Below, piece after piece: positions 19,730 through 29,406 of a stretch of 64,000 nucleotides of DNA. This DNA comes from an uncultured Nitrososphaerota archaeon. Its GTDB lineage: Archaea; Thermoproteota; Nitrososphaeria; Nitrososphaerales; Gagatemarchaeaceae. The translations under genes and the position numbers were made by a program. The stretch spans positions 512,001 to 576,000 of the forward strand of contig OY969807.1 of NCBI GenBank assembly GCA_963703285.1. The letters are read 5' to 3'. The notes under the pieces are model-generated. The model did no database searches. It was not told the origin of the DNA and worked only from the letters and a program-made list of their open reading frames with translations. Position 1 is the first letter of the stretch. Each line of letters begins with the position of its first letter.

Positions 19730-20113
19730 GGGTCGTATTCAAGTGCGCGCAGCTGCGCGATGACGGCCGTGCGTTGCGGGGCAAGGCCCCCCGCGTCTGC
19801 CCAGCGACCTCTTTCGGGATTGTGGCGAACTAGGCCGGAGGGCGCGAGAGGACCGGAAGGGCGCCCCGGGCTGAGGTGCTCGCCATTTCAAGCCTCGACG
19901 GGCCCGGGCATGGTGAAGATGGGGTTGCGGGTTTGTGGGTCACGAGAGGAGGCGGGGCCTTAAGAGAGCGAAGGCGCCGCGCAACGGCACACAACTGGGG
20001 ACGGGACAGTCTGGGAGTCGGATTTTGCCAAGCGCGGCGAGAATTTTCATCGACTTTCAGACCGATGAGCGTGCATAGATGTTAAAACGCCACGACGCGG
20101 AGCCCTGCTCGCT

Positions 20114-20930
20114 TTGAGCGACGAACCGGCCTACTTCCCGCGGAAGATAAACGTCGTAATCCCGCTGGGCGAGTCGGTCTGCCAATTCATAGTCATCGGA
20201 AAGGACGAAATCGGCGCGCTCGCCAGGATCACCGAGGTGATGGCCAAGCATGGCGTGAATCTCGTCAGCGGAGGTACCTACGACGCTGGCACGACGGGCG
20301 AGTTCCTCTTCAACTTCTTCGGAGAGCTGGCAGAGTGCGACGTCTCTGCCGAAGCCCTCTCTTCCGAGCTGAGAACCCTCCCATTCGTCTCGAGGGTCAG
20401 CGTCTCGCAGGGAGACGAGGCCGTCTACGACCGTCAAATGTTCCCGGTCGTGCTCTTCGAGAACAATCGTGCCGTGATACTCACCGCCGACTCTATGACG
20501 TTCATAGAGCGCGACCTCCAGAAGCAGATCGGGAAGCAGGGACAACAGGTCCTCTTCGAGGTCGGGAGGTCAAGCGCATTGAGCATCGCAGCGCTCCACA
20601 AGAACATGATTCCCGAAGCAGACAGGGAGACCCTGCTCAAGACGGCGTGCGACGACGTGCGCGAGGGGCTGGGGGCTCGTCAGCTACGAGGTCCCTAAGG
20701 AAGCGGGCGAAAAGACGAAGGTGACCGTCAAGGAGCCCCTCTTCGCAGGGATACCAGGGGTGCAGGAGAGCTGGTGGCTGATGGGCCTCGCGTCAGGCTT
20801 CCTCGAAGGGGTGTACGGCCACAGGACTGTCGTCTCGGGACGGACCACCTTCGACGCCAAGACACGAGCCTTCGCGTTCGACTTGGTCGAGTTCAGCCCA
20901 GATTCGAGGTCGAACCGGGATCTCGTGTGA
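20114..20930 (+). CDS. ACT-domain + V4R-like regulatory protein, frameshift near 20660
   Basis: KDEIGALARITEVMAKHGVNL (ACT). Restoring a GC dinucleotide in GTGCGCGAGG gives DVRARGWG.. and joins ORF 20721-20930 (GLASGFLEGVYG, V4R-like). Confidence 0.7.
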
Positions 20931-21190
20931 GCGACCAGGAGGACAGCGGAGGCGCGCCGATAACGCTCAACGGGGACGGGGTCGTGGTCCTGGAGCCCAA
21001 CGTGGCAGCCACCCAGACCTCCTCGGGTGCCAAGGCGACGACGTCCCAGGGCGCCTCGTCGACTACCTCTTCGACGACGGGGAGCCCATCCTCCTCGACC
21101 TCCCCTTACCTCCTCGGGGCCGGGATCGCGGCCCTGGCGGCGATAATCATCGTGGGCTCCTATGCAGGCCTGAGGACAAGGCGAGCCTAG
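20927..21190 (+). CDS. Small S/T-rich protein with C-terminal TM (possibly a fragment)
   Basis: GTG overlaps the upstream TGA; S/T linker then YLLGAGIAALAAIIIVGSYAGLRTRRA; no signal peptide. Confidence 0.5.
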   Translation: MSDQEDSGGAPITLNGDGVVVLEPNVAATQTSSGAKATTSQGASSTTSSTTGSPSSSTSPYLLGAGIAALAAIIIVGSYAGLRTRRA

Positions 21191-21263
21191 GCTCATCTCC
21201 TGCAAGCCTGGATAAGGTCCGCGGCGATGCCCGTAGTGCGCAGAGCCTGCAGGGTGACAATCA

Positions 21264-21286
21264 AGCTCGATATCGAGGTCGATATC
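21264..21286. repeat. Tandem TCGATAT boxes
   Basis: AGCTCGATATCGAGGTCGATATC, related to 25921-25944 and 27664-27690. Confidence 0.5.
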
Positions 21287-21361
21287 ACCCCTCCCCTGCG
21301 GAGGGACCTCCTCAAGGAAACTACGCGTTGGCCTTAAGTATCCATAGAACCTATTGCCCTA

Positions 21362-21637
21362 ATGGAATCAATGAATTCGACCACCATAACCATCTCTGAC
21401 AAGACCCGCCGCGAGCTCCTTCGGGTCGCGGGCGAGCTCCAATCAAGGACTGGGAAGAAGGTCGACTACGAAGAAGTGATCGAGTATCTCCTACTCAGGA
21501 CGCGGAAAAGACCCGACCTGCTGCGGAGAGCGACGGCTGCAAAGGGGATAGGGGCCGCGGAGCTCCAGAGGGTCCTCCAGGAGGGCATGGCGGAAGACCG
21601 CAAGCGAGAAGAAGAACTTGAGCGACGATACGGCTAA
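21362..21637 (+). CDS. vapB: Antitoxin (RHH/VapB-like)
   Basis: TTITISDKTRRELL..YEEVIEYLL; overlaps the downstream PIN gene. Confidence 0.75.
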   Translation: MESMNSTTITISDKTRRELLRVAGELQSRTGKKVDYEEVIEYLLLRTRKRPDLLRRATAAKGIGAAELQRVLQEGMAEDRKREEELERRYG

Positions 21638-22046
21638 GGGTCCCCTGGCCCTCGATTCGAGCGTACTGGTGGCGATGCTTGACGGAAGCGACGGCGGGGC
21701 TGCGATGACGAGCCGTCTTGTCGGCGGGGAAGTGACAGCCTTCACGAGCTACGTGAACCTTGCGGAAGCGGAGTACGTCCTCTGCCGGAGGCTCGGGCAT
21801 GACGTCGCCGCAAGATCGGTAGACGACCTGCTGGCCTCAGGTTACGTCATGGTACAGGATGAACCGGCTATCCACAGAGCCGCTTCGGCCATAAAGTGCG
21901 GGAGGGCGATATCGCTCGCTGACTGCTACACGCTGGCCGTCGCGGAGGCAACCTCCTCGAGACCGATGTTCGCTTTCAAAGAGCGCGAGCTGCTGAAGGA
22001 GATGGAGAAGAAGCCCTTCGCGAGCCAGCCCGTCTTCCTGGAATAG
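21618..22046 (+). CDS. vapC: PIN-domain toxin
   Basis: ALDSSVLVA, NLAEAEY, ISLADCYTLA. Confidence 0.85.
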   Translation: MSDDTAKGPLALDSSVLVAMLDGSDGGAAMTSRLVGGEVTAFTSYVNLAEAEYVLCRRLGHDVAARSVDDLLASGYVMVQDEPAIHRAASAIKCGRAISLADCYTLAVAEATSSRPMFAFKERELLKEMEKKPFASQPVFLE

Positions 22047-22114
22047 CCTCAATCCGACGCGGCATCGTAGTAGAGCCGGATTCGTTCGGGGCTGAAAAAG
22101 GAGCTCAAAACGAG

Positions 22115-23113
22115 CTATTTGGTCGCGCGAGTCAGACTTTTGAGGCGTGGTTCACCTGAATGGGCCCTATCCCACCACTCACGCAAGAAATATCGAGTAA
22201 CCAGAGATTCGTCATCGGCGTACACTTTTCCCTCTTTAACGAGCCGACTACCCAGCACGCCTGCCACCTCGTGCCTGTTCGCTGTAATCTGCCATCTTGC
22301 ATACAACCTGTTGGATATCTCGCCGGCGTTAAGACCTTGCTCGTGAGTGAGAAGCATTAGTACGTAATGCGCCAGTCTGGTACGCCTCTTTTCGTCGTGG
22401 TACTTGTCAAAGAGAGAGCCCTCAATCTTGACCAGTTGCCCCTCATCGGTTCCGATTACGATTCCTTCTCCTGCAACGTGCCCCGGGATTAGCTTCCTTA
22501 TCTTTCCCTCCTTTATCAAGGCCTCCACGATGCCTGCGACTTTCGACCTGTTACGCTTGCTTGGTTCAAGCCCAAGTTCTGTCACGAGACGGCTCGTGGT
22601 TGAAGCTCGTTCCTGAAGGATTTGTTCGACGAGCCGCTTTTGCTCAGCGTAGACCCAGTGCCATCGGGGAAGGCCGTCAGAAGCCTTTCTTATCAGATGA
22701 CTCAGTGTAGCCTGGTTTACCTCATCCGGCGCCTTTTGCAAGACGGCATCAAGGCTCAGGTCTCTGCCCGAGAGGACGTAGACTCCCCACGATGAAGCGA
22801 GCTGTAGGTCTCGGGAGCTCGCGGGCACGAGATCGCTCCATATCATCACAGGAGTAAGTTCGTGGTTCCCGCTCTTCATGTCTATCAGTTTCAAGAGCAT
22901 GCTGTAGAACTTCTCGACGTGTTGCACGCTGCTCTTGTTGCGGCCTGTGTGCTTGACTCTTCGGCTGCAAGCTTCGATGACGAGCTTCCTGCTTTCGGAG
23001 TAAAGATTGGCGACCCAGGACTTGCCCTTTCCTTGAATTGGATACTCGGGAATCAGATCAGGGACAGTTTTCTTAAGCGCCTCTAACAGCCCAACTTCGT
23101 ACTCGGAGGGCAA
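22115..23113 (-). CDS. Hypothetical protein, degenerate PD-(D/E)xK-like N-terminus plus putative winged-helix domains
   Basis: EYPI..WVANLYSESRKLVIEACS; two wHTH-like segments (LIKEGKIRK, LVKEGKVY..RYFL); visibly lower GC. Confidence 0.6.
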   Translation of the reverse strand: MPSEYEVGLLEALKKTVPDLIPEYPIQGKGKSWVANLYSESRKLVIEACSRRVKHTGRNKSSVQHVEKFYSMLLKLIDMKSGNHELTPVMIWSDLVPASSRDLQLASSWGVYVLSGRDLSLDAVLQKAPDEVNQATLSHLIRKASDGLPRWHWVYAEQKRLVEQILQERASTTSRLVTELGLEPSKRNRSKVAGIVEALIKEGKIRKLIPGHVAGEGIVIGTDEGQLVKIEGSLFDKYHDEKRRTRLAHYVLMLLTHEQGLNAGEISNRLYARWQITANRHEVAGVLGSRLVKEGKVYADDESLVTRYFLREWWDRAHSGEPRLKSLTRATK

Positions 23114-23274
23114 AGCATGGTGTGTATATTTTTGGTCTATATATTCATCACTAAAATAATCGAGCCTGACATGGCCTGATTAACCTGTATGGGGATGGTG
23201 TCACACGCCGCGAAACGCCTTTGGCCACGCTCAGCGACGCGTGGGGCTTAAATGCGAGCCAAGACTCTCCCTAT

Positions 23275-23577
23275 ATGTCTGACGAGGCTGACGGCAAGAC
23301 CAGGATGACGATCAACGTCACCATACCCGTAGAGCTTCGCGTCAAGCTGATTGAATTGGGCATCTCACCGGCTGATGTTGCCAAGAGGGCGCTGATGTCC
23401 GCCGTAAGCAAGCACGACAAGAGGGATAGAAAACGGAACAGAAGACTTCAGCTCGAAGCTGTGCAACGGATGGATCCTAGGGTAAAGGATAGCGAGCTGG
23501 CAACCTCTGCTAGGGCCAGACGTCTAAGACGAATCGTCTCCGTAAAGGACCCAACAGTTCAATCAGATACCCTGTAG
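23275..23577 (+). CDS. Ribbon-helix-helix / antitoxin-like protein
   Basis: TINVTIPVELRVKL..GISPADVAKRAL; ATG 23275 after CTTAAAT. Confidence 0.6.
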   Translation: MSDEADGKTRMTINVTIPVELRVKLIELGISPADVAKRALMSAVSKHDKRDRKRNRRLQLEAVQRMDPRVKDSELATSARARRLRRIVSVKDPTVQSDTL

Positions 23578-23790
23578 GAACACTGGGTAGTGCGATTTTT
23601 TTGCCCGGGCAGCCAGGGTGCCGCTTTGCTCCTACGAGCGTGTTTATGTCCCTCCAGGATACACTATACGTTTAGAGGGCGTCACTTGCGGTGTTCCCCT
23701 GCAAGGGAACTCGCTGAAAACGCTGAAAATTGCAGTTTTTCAGTTCAGGCGAAGTTGACGCCCTCCGGGCCGCGCAAGTGCCCGTCGCTG

Positions 23791-23808
23791 GTAGCTGTCG
23801 ATGCTCAT
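23791..23808 (-). pseudogene. Possible N-terminal stub of a VapC toxin (MSIDSY)
   Basis: ATG overlaps the AbrB stop (TGATG); IDS matches the first PIN aspartate motif, then similarity ends. Confidence 0.35.
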
Positions 23809-24026
23809 CACGTTCGGTCCTGCTCGTCCCGTAGACCCTTGCTGTCCAGTCCGGGGTCGATGCCCTTCGCGTCCCTGATCGGCCTCACCCGGACGTATTG
23901 CAGCACCCCGTGCTTGGTAAGCACCATCATCTCGTCCCCAGGTTTTATCCCCGCTTCGCGGCGGATGCTCTCGGGTATCACTACCTGGTACCTCTTAGAG
24001 ACCTTGGCCGTGGAGGTCGATGCCAT
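23808..24026 (-). CDS. AbrB/MazE-type antitoxin
   Basis: AKVSKRYQVVIPESIRREAGIKPGD; ATG 24026 (the ORF-track start at 24461 is over-extended). Confidence 0.85.
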   Translation of the reverse strand: MASTSTAKVSKRYQVVIPESIRREAGIKPGDEMMVLTKHGVLQYVRVRPIRDAKGIDPGLDSKGLRDEQDRT

Positions 24027-24174
24027 ATCTGTGATAAAATGGCCTTTCGGTATAAGCGCTGCTCCCCCCGGCTTCTTCGAGCTGGGCCCGGCGGCGGGAA
24101 GGAGAATATCGGCGTTGAATTTCAACGAGGGCGTTGACGAGGTATTATCAGGAAAGCACCACATTGTCGGTGCG

Positions 24175-24930
24175 TTGGGACCAAAACAGAGGAGCTGGGT
24201 TGCAGGTCTGCTCGCATCGGGATTCGTCATCGGTCTGCTCTTCCTCAGCAGCGCGACGGCCGTTACCTCCGGCGCGCCGGGCATCCCCAACGGCACCTCG
24301 GGCAGCCTGAGCATGAGCTCCTCGACCACCACCGCGACAGAGACGGTGACCTTGATGTGCTCCGCGAGCCCGCAGACACAGCAGGTGGGGCTTCCCGTCA
24401 AGTTCACGGCGACCGCGAGCGGAGCAGACTTCGTGTCGTTCAGCTGGAACTTTGCCGACAACTCCGCCTACGGTAGCGGAAACCCCGTGAACCACACGTA
24501 CTCGAGGACGGGCACGCTTACGGTGACCGTGACCGCCAAGACGGCTCCCGGTCCGAACCAGATAACGGCGGGCGCCTCCTGCCCCGTCAACATCATCCCG
24601 AAGTATCTCAACGTGGGTGTCTCGGTGATCCCGATGACGGGCCCCTCGCCTCTGGTGTTTAACGTCACGATCAAGATAAGCAACGGAGTGGCGCCCTACA
24701 ACATCTACATCGCGCTCTCCGACTGGCAGGGTCAGGTAGTCAGTTCGTCCAACGGCTCGATCAATAGCAACAGCTACACGACGCTGTGGCGGGTAACGCC
24801 CCCCGGGATGTACATGCTCTATGTCAAGGTGACCGACGCGAGAGGGGCGACCTTCTCGACGAACATCTCCTTCATCGAAGTGTTCCAGCCCCCGCCGAAC
24901 CCCGGACCGCCCTTCGCGAAGCCACTCTAG
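24175..24930 (+). CDS. Secreted PKD-domain protein
   Basis: TTG 24175, signal-like hydrophobic helix; SFSWNFADNS..NPVNHTYSRTGT; NGVAPY; PGMYMLYVKVTDARG. Confidence 0.75.
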   Translation: MGPKQRSWVAGLLASGFVIGLLFLSSATAVTSGAPGIPNGTSGSLSMSSSTTTATETVTLMCSASPQTQQVGLPVKFTATASGADFVSFSWNFADNSAYGSGNPVNHTYSRTGTLTVTVTAKTAPGPNQITAGASCPVNIIPKYLNVGVSVIPMTGPSPLVFNVTIKISNGVAPYNIYIALSDWQGQVVSSSNGSINSNSYTTLWRVTPPGMYMLYVKVTDARGATFSTNISFIEVFQPPPNPGPPFAKPL

Positions 24931-25064
24931 CGGCCTCGTCTCTCCTCCGCTCCGACGAGGTGGAGGTGCTCTTCGGGCCGGATTAGAGCCTCCTATGGAA
25001 TTTCTGACTTCGCTTAAATCCGCAGCGAACCTTCGAACCCCCGCCCGCAATGGGGACATGAAGC

Positions 25065-25889
25065 TTGGAGCCATCGGAGCTCGACGTCACGAGGCTTTTC
25101 TTCGACCTGGCCAGTGACGATAGGCTCGTCCTGCTGGGCGAACTGGGCGCCGGCAGCCAGCGGGTGACGAAGCTCGCGGCGAAGATCTCCGCGTCGACCC
25201 AGGAGACCTCCAAGCACCTCTCCCGGCTCCAGGAGTCGCGCCTCGTCGATAGAGGCAGCGACGGCACCTTCTCGCTGACGGCCATCGGGAAGACCATCGT
25301 CCAGCTGCTCCCGCCGTTCAGGCTTCTCGTGGAGCACGAAGGTTACTTCCTTGGCCATGACCTCTCGCACCTTCCCGCCGGGTTCGTGGGCCGGCTCGGC
25401 GAGCTCTCTAGCTGCACGTTCGCCCGGTACACGGGAGAGGTCCTGGGCTTCTATGAGCGGGTGGTCGAAGAGGCGGGAGACCACATCTGGGTCATGATGG
25501 ACCACCAGCTGAGGACGAACAGCGAAATCGTGGAGGCACTGTCGGAGCGCCGCGTAGCGATACGGTACATGGTCCCCGAGAGCGATGACGTCAGGAGGGA
25601 CTACGAGGAGGCGAAAGCGATCCTGGGAGACCTGCTGGAGGTCAGGCTCAACGGGAGCGTGCCGGCCTCCGTGCTAATGGACGAGAAGGTGGCCGGCATC
25701 GCCTTCGCCGACCTCACGGGGAAGATCGATTACAACACGGGCTTCTGGAGCACGGACGCTCGGTTCCGTCGCTGGTGCGCTGACCTGTTCCAGTTCCACT
25801 GGGAGAGGGCGCGGACGCTAAGCCCACCGCGAAGCGCCCCTGTGACGTCGATGGGGTACGCGCTCGCAGGCGACCCTCCGGAGACCTGA
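25065..25889 (+). CDS. ArsR-like HTH transcriptional regulator with C-terminal archaeal (COG4742-like) domain
   Basis: FFDLASDDRL..QETSKHLSRLQESRLV..FSLTAIG; HDLSHLP; WCADLFQFHW. Confidence 0.85.
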   Translation: MEPSELDVTRLFFDLASDDRLVLLGELGAGSQRVTKLAAKISASTQETSKHLSRLQESRLVDRGSDGTFSLTAIGKTIVQLLPPFRLLVEHEGYFLGHDLSHLPAGFVGRLGELSSCTFARYTGEVLGFYERVVEEAGDHIWVMMDHQLRTNSEIVEALSERRVAIRYMVPESDDVRRDYEEAKAILGDLLEVRLNGSVPASVLMDEKVAGIAFADLTGKIDYNTGFWSTDARFRRWCADLFQFHWERARTLSPPRSAPVTSMGYALAGDPPET

Positions 25890-25920
25890 GAAAGCGCTTG
25901 GGAGATGGACCGCGCCGCCC

Positions 25921-25944
25921 CTCCAGCTCGATATCAAGCTCGAT
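25921..25944. repeat. Direct repeat upstream of the NHL gene
   Basis: CTCCAGCTCGATATCAAGCTCGAT, 22/24 identical to 27664-27687. Confidence 0.65.
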
Positions 25945-26009
25945 GCGGGAGGGGCCGCTCGAAGAAGCTCCCTTAGGCTTAATAGCATATGTGATAACGG
26001 GTGCACCAC

Positions 26010-27656
26010 TTGGCTGTTAGGGTAAGCAAATCCAAGCCTCTAGCTATATGCGTCGCCGCTGTCCTCTTCGTCCTCCTGCTCGGCATCTCGCCCCAGGCCA
26101 TGGCGTTCACCAACGGCCAGGCCGCGATAACCGCGATAGGGCAGTCCAACCTCACCTCCGGCTCCGATAACAACGGTAACGGCTTCAACGCGGTCTCCAA
26201 CGGGGTTCTCGAACCTCGCGATATAGCGTTTGACTCCCACGGCGACCTCTGGATAGCGGACACCGACAACAACAGGGTGCTCGAGTTCGTGCCCGGCACC
26301 GGGAGTTGCTCGATGGGTGTCCTGTGCACCGACATGGGGGCCAGCATCGTGATCGGGCAGAACAGCATGACCGCGAGGAACATCAACGAGGGGGCCGACG
26401 CGCCGAACTCCTCCTCCCTGAACTCTCCCTACGACATCGCGTTTGACTCCGGCGGGAACCTCTGGGTGGTCGACAGCAGCAACAACAGGATCCTCGAGTT
26501 CACGTATCCGTTCTCCGACGGGGAGGTGGCCAGCGTCGTGATAGGCCAGTCTACCTTCAATACGGGTCCGGGAGACGAGTCAGCGGGAGCGGCCGGGCTC
26601 AGCGTCCCCACGGCGCTCGCCTTCGATTCCGGCGGCGACCTGTGGGTCTCGGACAGGGGGAACAGCCGGGCCGTCGAGTTCGTCCCCGGGACGAGTGGGT
26701 GCTCATCGGGCCACCTCTGCACGGGAATGAGCGCGAGTATCGTGATAGGCCAGACGGGCTTCGGGTCGAGTACCGAGGGTCGCACGGCGACGACGATGTA
26801 CGAACCGTACGGCCTCGGCTTCGACCCCAGCGGGGACCTCTGGGTGCTCGACAGCGACAACGGCAGAGTCCTGGAGTACGTACCAGGCACTTCGCCGTGC
26901 TCCTCGGACCAGTTCTGCACCGGCATGCCGGCGAGCGTCGTGCTGAGCGAGCCGAACCTGACGAGCGGCTCGGGGAACCTATGCAAGCCCGAGACGCTCA
27001 ACGACACGGCGGAGTGCGGCGGGCAGGGCATGGCGTTCGACTCGAACGGGGACCTGTGGGTCGCGGACTCGTTCAACGACAGGGTCCTCGAGTACGTGCC
27101 GGGGACGAGCGGTTGCTCAACGGGACAGCTCTGCACCGATATGGCCGCGAGCGTCGTGATAGGCCAGGCGAACTTCATGGGTTCCGGCGAGGCCACCACG
27201 GCGGCGGGGCTCAGCGACCCGTACGGCGTGGCGTTCGACCTGAGCGGGAACCTCTGGGTCTCAGACTACAACAACAACAGGATCCTTGAGTACCAGGGCT
27301 CGGAGTCTACTAGCAGCTCGTCGAGCAGCGCTTCGAGCAGCTCGTCGTCCACGACCTCGAGCTCGTCGACGACGTCCTCGTCCATCATATCGACAGAGAT
27401 CTTGAGTGCGAGCGCGCCGGTCTGCCCCAGCACCATCGGCGGGACCTACATGCCGGTGGGCGCCACCTTCACGGATAGCTACGGCAACACATGGACGGCC
27501 CCGGGTGGCACCGCCGACGGCGGAGTATTCAGCAGCTACTTCTTCACGGGCCCTGAGCCGAATATCCCAGCGCCCATGCTCCAGGGATGGGGAGGCGTCT
27601 ACGGCACGTACCTCGGCCAACAGGGCTGGATAGTCACCTTCTACTGCGCAGATTGA
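26010..27656 (+). CDS. Secreted six-bladed NHL-repeat beta-propeller protein with shared C-terminal domain
   Basis: Signal peptide (AMA); six P..(I/L)AFD..G.LW..D..N.R.LE repeats; S/T linker; C-terminal PVCPST..GWIVTFYC (27417-27647). Confidence 0.88.
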   Translation: MAVRVSKSKPLAICVAAVLFVLLLGISPQAMAFTNGQAAITAIGQSNLTSGSDNNGNGFNAVSNGVLEPRDIAFDSHGDLWIADTDNNRVLEFVPGTGSCSMGVLCTDMGASIVIGQNSMTARNINEGADAPNSSSLNSPYDIAFDSGGNLWVVDSSNNRILEFTYPFSDGEVASVVIGQSTFNTGPGDESAGAAGLSVPTALAFDSGGDLWVSDRGNSRAVEFVPGTSGCSSGHLCTGMSASIVIGQTGFGSSTEGRTATTMYEPYGLGFDPSGDLWVLDSDNGRVLEYVPGTSPCSSDQFCTGMPASVVLSEPNLTSGSGNLCKPETLNDTAECGGQGMAFDSNGDLWVADSFNDRVLEYVPGTSGCSTGQLCTDMAASVVIGQANFMGSGEATTAAGLSDPYGVAFDLSGNLWVSDYNNNRILEYQGSESTSSSSSSASSSSSSTTSSSSTTSSSIISTEILSASAPVCPSTIGGTYMPVGATFTDSYGNTWTAPGGTADGGVFSSYFFTGPEPNIPAPMLQGWGGVYGTYLGQQGWIVTFYCAD

Positions 27657-27663
27657 GCGAGCT

Positions 27664-27690
27664 CTCCAGCTCGATAACGAGCTCGATATC
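27664..27690. repeat. Direct repeat downstream of the NHL gene
   Basis: CTCCAGCTCGATAACGAGCTCGATATC. Confidence 0.65.
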
Positions 27691-27740
27691 GAACCCCACT
27701 CCGGAATTATATATACCGCCGAATCTGACTTCGCTCCGGT

Positions 27741-28208
27741 ATGACGAGGATCGAGTCCGCCGTCCAGATCGAGGCGCCCATGGAAGTTGTCTGGGAAGTC
27801 CTCACGGACACCTCGTACATTGTGAAGCTCTTCCGGGACGCCGTGATGGTCACCGCGGACCCACCCGGCCGGTCGCAGGTCGGCCAGAAGTACCACCTGG
27901 TCGGAAAGGCGGGGAGGAGGCGGGTCGAGTTCTTCCTCGAGGTGACCGAGCTGGTCCCGGAGAGCGTGGTCGTTACGCGGCAGTTACCGGGAGGGCTCTT
28001 CAAGAGGTTCATGCAGAAGACCGTCCTCGAGGCGGACGCCGGGATGACGAGGGCGGTGACCGTCTTCGACTACGAGCTCTCGCTGAGCTACATCGGCAAG
28101 GCGCTGAACATCATCCTGGTTGAGAGGCTCGTGAAGGACAACCTGATCTCGTACTCCAACACCCTCAAGGAGCTCTCGGAGCTTCTGCCGCTTCCCGGCG
28201 GGACCTAG
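27741..28208 (+). CDS. SRPBCC (polyketide cyclase/CoxG-like) protein 1
   Basis: IESAVQIEAPMEVVWEVLTD..; C-terminal helix NTLKELSE. Confidence 0.85.
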   Translation: MTRIESAVQIEAPMEVVWEVLTDTSYIVKLFRDAVMVTADPPGRSQVGQKYHLVGKAGRRRVEFFLEVTELVPESVVVTRQLPGGLFKRFMQKTVLEADAGMTRAVTVFDYELSLSYIGKALNIILVERLVKDNLISYSNTLKELSELLPLPGGT

Positions 28209-28375
28209 CAGCAACCACATCCTGGTCGCGTCTGGAAGCTCCCGCTGAGGAGCTTAGCTGGCGATAACCTGAGGTCGTAGGCGCGGAACCTGAGGAGATT
28301 TTCGAGCCCGTCCCCATTGGTGATTGAGAACGCGGTAGCAAGCCCTATTAGTTGACGCGGGCCGGGAACGGTCCC

Positions 28376-28837
28376 ATGGAGCGGGTCCAGGTGACTCTTC
28401 TGGTGGAGGCCGGGCCCGAGGCGGTCTGGGCTGTCCTGATGGACCCCAACTTCATCCCGAAGCTCTACCCGGACATGCTCAACATCTCCGTCGATCCGCC
28501 GGGGAGGACCGCGGTCGGGCAGTACCGCACCCTCGGCGGGAGGGTGGGGAAGAGGCTGATCGAGTTCAGGACCAGGGTTGCCGAGCTCGTGCCGCTGAGG
28601 AGGTTCGTGATAACCGGGAGGAGGGGCGGGGCGCTTGAGAGCTTCCAAGAGGTCCTGGAGCTGGAGGCGGTGGACGAGGGGACGATAGTCAGGGCCTCCT
28701 TCGAGTTCAAGGTCTCCCAGGCGTACTTCGGGCCCGGGTTCGACTACCAGGCCCTCTCGCAGGCCGCCAGGCTCAACGAGGAGCTCTACGTGAAGAACCT
28801 GAAGGAGCTTTCGGAGCTCAAGCCCCCGAGCCCGTAG
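28376..28837 (+). CDS. SRPBCC protein 2
   Basis: VEAGPEAVWAVLMDPNFIPKLYP; DPPG; NLKELSE. Confidence 0.85.
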   Translation: MERVQVTLLVEAGPEAVWAVLMDPNFIPKLYPDMLNISVDPPGRTAVGQYRTLGGRVGKRLIEFRTRVAELVPLRRFVITGRRGGALESFQEVLELEAVDEGTIVRASFEFKVSQAYFGPGFDYQALSQAARLNEELYVKNLKELSELKPPSP

Positions 28838-28916
28838 CCTTTGTCCCGTCCCGACGCTCTCGCGAGGCGACCCCATCCTCCCAATTATATAGTCTGGGCA
28901 AGGATTAGCACGCAGG

Positions 28917-29376
28917 TTGAAGGCCGAAGACGCGTTTGAGATCGACTCCCCGCGCTGGACGGTCTGGAAGGTCCTGGTCGACCCGTCGTACATCCCGAAA
29001 CTGTTCCCCGAGATCATAACCGTCGAGATGGACCCGCCGGGCGAGATAAGGGTCGGCTCGAAGGCCAAGGTGTACGGCAAGATAGGCAAGATCAGGTTCG
29101 AGATCCACCTCGAGTTCCCGAGGGTCGACACCGAGGCCTGCCTCATGAGCAGGCAGCTGCCGGGCGGCCTCTTCAGAGCTTTCAGCCAGGCCGTCTACCT
29201 CGAGGCGGTGGGCATGACCACACGGGTGAGGACGAGCTTCGAGTTCGCGCTCGATCCTGAGTACGCCGCGAAGGTCACCGACGTCTCGCTCTTCGAGCAG
29301 ACGGTGACCAACAACCTCCACGCGTACCGCGCGCAACCTGAAGGAGATCTGCGAGCTGCTACCGCTGCCTAGCTGA
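28917..29376 (+). CDS. SRPBCC protein 3 (1-nt insertion near 29328)
   Basis: IDSPRWTVWKVLVDPSYIPKLFP. Removing one C gives ..YARNLKEICELLPLPS*, matching the paralog C-termini. Confidence 0.8.
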
Positions 29377-29406
29377 AACCTTCGCAAGAGGGCAGCCTGA
29401 CGACTA

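Noticed and set aside
23590-24174. Long N-terminal part of the 446-aa PKD ORF (and the 217-aa extension of the AbrB ORF)
   Set aside because: Antisense shadows of each other; real starts with TATA boxes are at 24175 (+) and 24026 (-)
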